The translations under genes were made by a program, and so were the position numbers. A stretch of DNA of 64,000 nucleotides. It comes from an uncultured Gammaproteobacteria bacterium (GTDB lineage Bacteria; Patescibacteriota; Patescibacteriia; UBA1558; UBA10009). Position 1 is the first letter of the stretch. Every line of letters starts with the position of its first letter. The stretch spans positions 74,031 through 138,030 of the forward strand of contig CAZPMS010000003.1 of assembly GCA_964588165.1 (NCBI GenBank). The letters are read 5' to 3'. Below are positions 58,108 to 64,000 of the stretch, one piece after another. The notes beneath the pieces are model-generated. The model made no database searches. It was not told the DNA's origin and saw only the letters and a program-made list of their open reading frames with translations.

Positions 58108-59163
58108 TTATTTTATCTGTTTTACGCCAAGATATAAAATATTAGGATTAATAGGATCTAAAAATATATATTTAGCTGCCCTGGATGAAGGCAATGACCT
58201 AGTAATCCAGTTTTCTCCATTATCTAAAGATCTATACAAGGTTGAAGAAATGCCATAATAAATTTCCTTATCATCTTGGGGGTTTATGGCTAAAGAATAA
58301 ATAGTAGAAGTACTGGGAGGGGTTAATAGTTTAATATCCTGCCAGCTGGCTCCACCATCTCTGCTTCTGAGTAATCCATATTGAGAAGCATAAAGTAGTC
58401 CATCATCAACTGTTGGATCTAAAATGATATTCCTATATGTCATAACGTTTTTCTTTTCCTTTTTTATTTCATCCGAAATAATTTGGTTCCAGCTTGCTCC
58501 AGCATCGGTAGTTTTAAAAATACCTTTACTATTGGTAGCTACATAAATTATCCTAGTATCAGTATTATTTACTAAAACCTTAGTTACTCTGGAATCAAAA
58601 AACTTAACGGCATGCCAGGAAAAGCCGCCATCTTCACTCTTAAATAAACCATATCCGGAGGTTCCGGCATATATTATATTAGTGTTATACGAATCAACAG
58701 CCAATGAAGTAATTTGATTCTTAGGATCCTTTCTAGTTTCTATTAATTGATAAGTCCAGTGCCGGTTACAATCAGTGCTTTTATAAACTCTGTTTCCAAT
58801 GGCTGCATAAATAACACAGCGTTCTTGAGGGCTTACTTTTATATCATTAATTCTGCCCAAGCCAGTTAAGGCTTGATGCCAGCCAATGCCGCCATCGTAA
58901 GTGTAATACATGCCTTGCTCCTGGGTGCCAATATAAATGGCCTGGGTATCTGTTGGATCCATGGTCATACTGGTTAAATCCACTGTACTAAAGGTTTTCT
59001 TTAAATCTCCAACGCGATAAACCAAGGTAATTTGTTCCCAGTTGTCACCATAATCTGCTGTTTTATAAACTCCGCCATCTACACCTCCTCTGGTTTTAAA
59101 GCTAATGGAACAGCCTGTTAAAACTAAAATACCAAGAAGCGGGATAATAAAAAGTTTTTTCAT
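58108..59163 (-). CDS. BNR/Asp-box beta-propeller lipoprotein
   Basis: Lipobox LTGC and repeated S/TxDxGxxW. Confidence 0.85.
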   Translation of the reverse strand: MKKLFIIPLLGILVLTGCSISFKTRGGVDGGVYKTADYGDNWEQITLVYRVGDLKKTFSTVDLTSMTMDPTDTQAIYIGTQEQGMYYTYDGGIGWHQALTGLGRINDIKVSPQERCVIYAAIGNRVYKSTDCNRHWTYQLIETRKDPKNQITSLAVDSYNTNIIYAGTSGYGLFKSEDGGFSWHAVKFFDSRVTKVLVNNTDTRIIYVATNSKGIFKTTDAGASWNQIISDEIKKEKKNVMTYRNIILDPTVDDGLLYASQYGLLRSRDGGASWQDIKLLTPPSTSTIYSLAINPQDDKEIYYGISSTLYRSLDNGENWITRSLPSSRAAKYIFLDPINPNILYLGVKQIK

Positions 59164-60092
59164 AAGTTTAAGAGTAAATTTTCTAAAATCAATTTTGGTT
59201 GAACATTGCCTTTTAAATCACTTTTGGCCTGGTCGGTTAAATAAAGTAAGTTTAAGGCTTTTTTTGATGAAATATTAATATTTGAATTTATTGATTCCTT
59301 TGGATTTAAATAATCTATTTCAATATTTTTTAAAAGCAAGCTTCTGGCAACTGATTCAAAGTTATCTAAAAAAGTTAAGGCGGCCTTGGCTTTTGATTGC
59401 AGATCTTTTAAAGAATCCAATAATTCGGCAATTACCTGCCAGCGTTGGTTAATATCAGCCTTAAATAATTTAAAAATCAATTGCTGATACTTATCATATT
59501 TGCTAAACAATTCCTCATCATCAACTAAACCAGATGCTATGCCCGGGCGTCCATTAGACAGGCCCACTATCTGATTTAATTTATCTTTATCCTTAATTTT
59601 ATCTGCTAAATCTTTTTTTATCTCACTGGACGGTACCGGTAAAAATCTGACAACTATACTTCTGGAAATAATCGTATCCAAAAGCTTTTGCCAATCGGAA
59701 GTGATTATGATAATAACTGTTTTGTCAGTAGGTTCTTCTATAGTTTTAAGTAAAGCATTGGCTGACTGGCGGTTTAGTTTTTCCCCCTCATAAATTATTC
59801 CTACCTTATACTGATCAGAAAATGACTTTAAGGAAAGGGCCCTGCGCCACTGCCTTACTTGTTCTATGCTAATATCTTTTTTGCCTTCTTCCACCTTTAG
59901 CGGGTAAAGCTCGGTGGTGGCTGATTTACCACTGCCAATAATCTCTTGGGCAAATTTTTCAGCTACAGCTGTTTTACCTAAGCCTTCTATGCCATAAAAA
60001 AGATAGGTACTGGCCAACCTATTTTGTTTAATGCTGCTTATTAAGAATTTTACTATATTTTGATGTCCAATGATATCCCAATTTTGCTCCAT
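59160..60092 (-). CDS. holB: DNA polymerase III delta-prime subunit
   Basis: YLFYG..GLGK, ANALLKTIEEP, TIISR. Confidence 0.9.
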   Translation of the reverse strand: MEQNWDIIGHQNIVKFLISSIKQNRLASTYLFYGIEGLGKTAVAEKFAQEIIGSGKSATTELYPLKVEEGKKDISIEQVRQWRRALSLKSFSDQYKVGIIYEGEKLNRQSANALLKTIEEPTDKTVIIIITSDWQKLLDTIISRSIVVRFLPVPSSEIKKDLADKIKDKDKLNQIVGLSNGRPGIASGLVDDEELFSKYDKYQQLIFKLFKADINQRWQVIAELLDSLKDLQSKAKAALTFLDNFESVARSLLLKNIEIDYLNPKESINSNINISSKKALNLLYLTDQAKSDLKGNVQPKLILENLLLNL

Positions 60093-60211
60093 AAGTTAGT
60101 AAATTATAGCAGTTTAAAGGCTAAATTGTCAAAGAAATTAGCTATCTTGACAAAATATTCAATATATGCTATACTAATCTATTAAGTTCTTCACAAAACC
60201 CGGAGGAAGTG

Positions 60212-60763
60212 ATGAAAAAGGTATGGATATACCTGCTTATTGCGGCCTCCCTTATGGATGAGGTCGTAGTTATTATTGTTAGTTTTTTAACCAACAATGA
60301 TAAGATTCTTAGTCCAGCTATGGGAATCAGCCTTTTAAGCACAATTACAATCATTTGGTTAGTAATTCTGATTAAGCGTAATGAAAACAAGAGAAGACTT
60401 TGGGTGGGATTTACCGGAAAAGGCAGTGTATTAATAGGCCTTCTCTCAATTCTTATCTCAATTTTAGTAGTTCCCTTATTCTTCTCAATTTTAGAAAGTA
60501 CCATTGGCTTAGCTGATGGAGCTGGGTATCTTGGAATTATATTTGGAATGGCATTAGGTATGATGCCTGCTACTCTACTGGGGATAAGACCTTCCCTAAT
60601 TGCCAGTTTAGCTCCAGCCTTAGTCAACTTCCAATTGTGGCAGTTGAGCCTGGCAACATCGTTTGATCAGTATCTTCCAGTAACTATGCTTCTATGGGCC
60701 ACTGCGGCAATCTTGTCGGTTGGCACCAAGCATTACGTTGCTACAGGACGCTTAGCCCGTTGA
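60212..60763 (+). CDS. Hypothetical multi-TM protein in a stand-alone unit
   Basis: TTGACA-17-TATACT (60147-60175), SD GGAGG, hydrophobic helices. Confidence 0.65.
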   Translation: MKKVWIYLLIAASLMDEVVVIIVSFLTNNDKILSPAMGISLLSTITIIWLVILIKRNENKRRLWVGFTGKGSVLIGLLSILISILVVPLFFSILESTIGLADGAGYLGIIFGMALGMMPATLLGIRPSLIASLAPALVNFQLWQLSLATSFDQYLPVTMLLWATAAILSVGTKHYVATGRLAR

Positions 60764-60774
60764 TATTCAGTACA

Positions 60775-61194
60775 TCAGCGGGTTTTTCTTTTATCTAATT
60801 CCAAATTTACTAACCTATCGGCTGCTTTGTTCATTTCTCTGGAAATATGATTATATTCTACCTTTTTAATTTTTTGAGCCAGATTCCAAATTTTAACAAA
60901 CAAACTTTGCAGTTCCAGATTTTTTACTTTAAAATTTCCGCCCAGCTGATTAACTATCAGTTCGCTATCTAAATAAAAAACTACTTCTTCTGCTCCCAGC
61001 CTAATTGCCTCTTCCAATCCTAAAAGTGCGCCCTGGTATTCTGCCTGATTATTGGTTGCTTCACCCAAATATTTTGAGTGCTCCGAAATAACTTGGCCAG
61101 ATTCATCTTTAATAACTGCCCCGCAGGCAGCCGGACCCGGATTGCCTCTGGCTCCGCCATCAGAATAAATTAGAACTTTTTTATATTTTTCCAT
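60775..61194 (-). CDS. rnhA: Ribonuclease HI family protein
   Basis: DGGARGNPGPA, TNNQAEY, DSELIV, NKAADRL. Confidence 0.92.
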   Translation of the reverse strand: MEKYKKVLIYSDGGARGNPGPAACGAVIKDESGQVISEHSKYLGEATNNQAEYQGALLGLEEAIRLGAEEVVFYLDSELIVNQLGGNFKVKNLELQSLFVKIWNLAQKIKKVEYNHISREMNKAADRLVNLELDKRKTR

Positions 61195-61261
61195 ATTTTT
61201 TTTAAATCAATCTTTTAGTCCTTTATATAAAGATTATAAGATTAAAAGACTGGATAATTAA

Positions 61262-61753
61262 CTATTTTTTCTGTTTATAATATAAAACTTCAATGGCTCT
61301 AAGATTATCAGTTGGCTCGTCATTAGTAACTGATTCTATGATTTTATTTTCTTCAGTATCTTCAAATACTATAGTCCATTTGCCTTTATTTTTATTAAAT
61401 ATGCAATCTGGGAAAAGCATATGATGATGCCAATGAATATTTTGTTTATTAAAACTTTTAGCTTTTTCAAGTATTATCTTGATATTTTTATCAGTTATTT
61501 CTAATTCTTTCTCTTCAACTATTTTATCCCCGTGAAGTAATTGTACTAATTCCTTCCCTTCTTTCATATACCTTTTATCAGAATAAACAACAAATACCTC
61601 ATCATCTATTTCATTTTCTAAAATAAAAGCCTGTTTATCTTTATTCTTATTATACATGCAGTCAGGAGTCAGCATATGGAAATGCCACCTTTTACCCGAT
61701 GTATGTATTTGCTTGGCAATTGATATTAATTCCTTAATTGATATTTCTTCCAT
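61262..61753 (-). CDS. Hypothetical protein with two internal WHxHMLxPDC repeats
   Basis: WHFHMLTPDCMYN and WHHHMLFPDCIFN. Confidence 0.7.
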   Translation of the reverse strand: MEEISIKELISIAKQIHTSGKRWHFHMLTPDCMYNKNKDKQAFILENEIDDEVFVVYSDKRYMKEGKELVQLLHGDKIVEEKELEITDKNIKIILEKAKSFNKQNIHWHHHMLFPDCIFNKNKGKWTIVFEDTEENKIIESVTNDEPTDNLRAIEVLYYKQKK

Positions 61754-61770
61754 AGTTGAAAAATATTTTA

Positions 61771-63480
61771 TTAATCCAACTTCTTAATATCAATAAGTGA
61801 TAATTGTATCTCTTTACTGCCATTCCATTCGTTAACACCGATTTCACACACGGCATCAATTTTATCACCGGGATTTAATTGGTCGCAGACTTCACCAAAG
61901 CCAAAGCAGATAATCTTTTTTTGCTCTGCCCCCTGCTTTACAATAAGCTTTAAATGATTTCCCTTAGCACCTACAGTTTCACTTAAACCTACTTCCAAAT
62001 TTTTTATTAAAAACCTGGGTTGGTAATTACCCATGCCAAATGGCCTAAACTGTTCTAAAATTTCTATAAGTTCCCAACCGGCTTCCTTTAGGCTAATCTC
62101 TTTATCTATGGTAAGCGAAGGGACTAAATCAGCTTTTTTTAATTTTTTATTGCCATATTCTATAAATTTCTGCTTAAACTCATCAAACTTATCTTTAGTT
62201 ATACTAAAACCAGCTGCGCCTTTATGACCGCCGTATTTTATAAAATAATCGGAAAAATCATTTAAAGATTCAATTAAATTAAAGCCACTAATGCTACGGC
62301 CGGATCCAACATATCTGCTGCCATCAAAACTTAAAGCAATAGCTGGTTTGGCATATTCTTGAGTTATTTTTCCAGCCACTAAACCAATAACTCCTGGGTT
62401 CCAATCTTCACCCCAGGCAAATAAAACTTTATTATCTTTCTGCTTTTCAACTTGAATTTTAGCTTCATTAACCAGTTTTTCAGTTAATGATTGGCGATCT
62501 ATATTACTTTTATAAAGTTGGCTGGCTATAGTAATGGCTTCTTCTATATTTTCTGTGGTCAGTAATTGGTAGGCGTTATTGGCGTGGGCCATCCTGCCGG
62601 CCGCATTAATCCGTGGGGCAATCTGCCAGCCAATGGTTTTGGCATCAATTTTTTCTGTATTTATAGCGCCAACTTCAAATAATTTCTGCAGTCCTAAATT
62701 TTTAGTTTTAGCCAAGACAATAATGCCATGCTTAACTAAAGTTCTATTTTCACCAATTAAAGGAACCATGTCGGCTACGGTACTTATGGCCACTAAATCC
62801 AGCAACCATTTTTCAAAAACATCCTTTTCTTCGTCCCTTGTCCCTGATCTCTGATCCCTAATTATTGCTTGGGCCAATTTAAAAGCTACTCCCCCGCCAG
62901 CCAAATCATGAAAAGGATATTTTTTATCTAACCGTGGGTGGATAATGGCTACCGCTTTTGGCAAATCATCCGGAATATGGTGATGGTCGGTGATTACTAC
63001 ATCTATTCTCATTTCATTTGCAATATCCACTTCTTCTTTATTGCTGATTCCACAATCAACGGTAATAATTAAATTAACTTTTTTTTCTCCAAATTCTTTA
63101 ATAACTTTACTGTTAAGGCCATAACCTTCTTTTTCTCTGTCTGGCAGATAAGTTTCAAAATCAAGGCCTATTTTATTAAAGACCTTGGCTAAAATGGCTG
63201 AACCACAAACTCCGTCGGCATCATAGTCGCCATAGATAATTACTTTTTCATTTTTTTCTTTAGATTGATAAATTCTTTTAACTGCCTTTTTCATATCAGT
63301 GAACAAAAAAGGATCATGAATATCCTGCGAATAATCGGGATGTAAAAACTCGTCAATTTGATCTTGAGAAGTTAAACCTCTATCAAATAAAAGTTGTAAA
63401 GCAGCCGGATTTACCTCCGGGAATTGTTTTATTTTATCATCTGTTAATGGCTCTTTTACCAGCCATTTATATTTGTTCAT
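61771..63480 (-). CDS. recJ: ssDNA exonuclease RecJ
   Basis: GDYDADG, TVDCG, TDHH, PRINAAGR, GSGRS, GGHKGAAG. Confidence 0.96.
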   Translation of the reverse strand: MNKYKWLVKEPLTDDKIKQFPEVNPAALQLLFDRGLTSQDQIDEFLHPDYSQDIHDPFLFTDMKKAVKRIYQSKEKNEKVIIYGDYDADGVCGSAILAKVFNKIGLDFETYLPDREKEGYGLNSKVIKEFGEKKVNLIITVDCGISNKEEVDIANEMRIDVVITDHHHIPDDLPKAVAIIHPRLDKKYPFHDLAGGGVAFKLAQAIIRDQRSGTRDEEKDVFEKWLLDLVAISTVADMVPLIGENRTLVKHGIIVLAKTKNLGLQKLFEVGAINTEKIDAKTIGWQIAPRINAAGRMAHANNAYQLLTTENIEEAITIASQLYKSNIDRQSLTEKLVNEAKIQVEKQKDNKVLFAWGEDWNPGVIGLVAGKITQEYAKPAIALSFDGSRYVGSGRSISGFNLIESLNDFSDYFIKYGGHKGAAGFSITKDKFDEFKQKFIEYGNKKLKKADLVPSLTIDKEISLKEAGWELIEILEQFRPFGMGNYQPRFLIKNLEVGLSETVGAKGNHLKLIVKQGAEQKKIICFGFGEVCDQLNPGDKIDAVCEIGVNEWNGSKEIQLSLIDIKKLD

Positions 63481-63482
63481 AT

Positions 63483-63763
63483 TTATTCTAAATAATCAAT
63501 ATTAATAATTTCTTTCCCTGTATTGTGATGATTATGATAAGAAGAATAAAGCCAATCAATCGGATCATCAACTATTCTATGTTTAGCTGCGTTTTGATCA
63601 ATGTATTCCAGTTTATTGAATAGTTCTTCATCTGAACGGATTATTCTATCGTGGAATGATTTTTGCCAAACCGGTTTGCCAAGAATAAATTTCTCGGCTA
63701 CGTGGGGTGATTGGTTGAATTTCTCAGCTTCGTTGAGGAGCGCCCTCCTGTACTTATTGGCAA
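63483..63763 (-). pseudogene. C-terminal remnant of a RAYT/IS200-like tyrosine transposase
   Basis: Manual translation ...PVWQKSFHDRIIRSDEELFNKLEYIDQNAAKHRIVDDPIDWLYSSY...*; no start codon and no HUH-bearing N-terminus. Confidence 0.75.
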
Positions 63764-64000
63764 ATCTACCTCTTCTTTATTACTGATTCCACAATCAACG
63801 GTAATAATTAAATTAACTTTTTTTTCTGCGAATTCTTTAATAATTTTACTATTAAGGCCATAGCCTTCTTTTTCCCTATCTGGTAAATAGGTTTCAAAAT
63901 CAAGGCCAATTTCTTTAAAAACCTTTGCTAAAATAGCTGAGCCACAAACTCCATCGGCATCATAATCACCATAAATAATTACTTTCTCATTTTTCTCTTT
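63698..64000 (-). pseudogene. Truncated second copy of the recJ N-terminal region
   Basis: 63764-64000 encodes 79 aa matching recJ 63025-63261 with 4 amino-acid differences, then runs into unrelated sequence and stops at 63698. Confidence 0.85.

Noticed and set aside
799-63786. Many 60-150-aa ORFs antisense to or nested in core genes (e.g. 5839, 6088, 14143, 41001, 57037, 60169, 63601)
   Set aside because: Shadow ORFs of well-supported genes.
1-64000. Alternative genetic code (UGA=Gly) or prophage
   Set aside because: TGA ends several intact genes under code 11, and no phage structural or integrase genes were seen.

Overview
AT-rich bacterial chromosome segment, standard code 11. It is most likely Patescibacteria/CPR (Parcubacteria, ABY1-like). 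This is inferred from the short AlaRS and ProRS, a DUF4012-type protein, two mreB paralogs, core genes mostly lacking Shine-Dalgarno (SD) sites, and palindromes inserted in-frame in core genes. The backbone is housekeeping: infA-rpmJ-rpsM-rpsK-rpsD-rpoA-rplQ-rplM-rpsI, dus, alaS, mnmA, rpmA, ftsEX, tRNA-Thr(CGU), lepA, murJ, a GT4/sugar-transferase cluster, rnpB, mreB-mreCD-mrdA-greA-mreB, proS, rseP, frr, holB, RNase HI and recJ. The accessory content of most interest is: (1) three phospho-His 'PEP-utiliser' proteins with poorly related N-termini and no ATP-grasp domain, two in tandem and joined by a perfect 123-bp direct repeat; (2) an operon of one MtnK-like kinase and three divergent PyrE-like phosphoribosyltransferases, next to a LOG-like gene; (3) an RlmN/Cfr-like radical SAM gene lacking both non-cluster catalytic Cys, behind a leader-peptide attenuator; (4) single-gene inserts sharing a TTGACA-N17 promoter, a boxA-like motif and an SD, one carrying a T9SS sorting domain; (5) two unnamed structured RNAs; (6) small unannotated ORFs (Cys-rich metallothionein-like, Fic antitoxin-like, membrane peptide); (7) several REP-like and heptamer repeat families, plus dead 5' duplicates of rpmJ and recJ next to REP/RAYT remnants. 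No CRISPR array, rRNA or intact transposase was seen. All family calls come from motif recognition by eye, not database searches.
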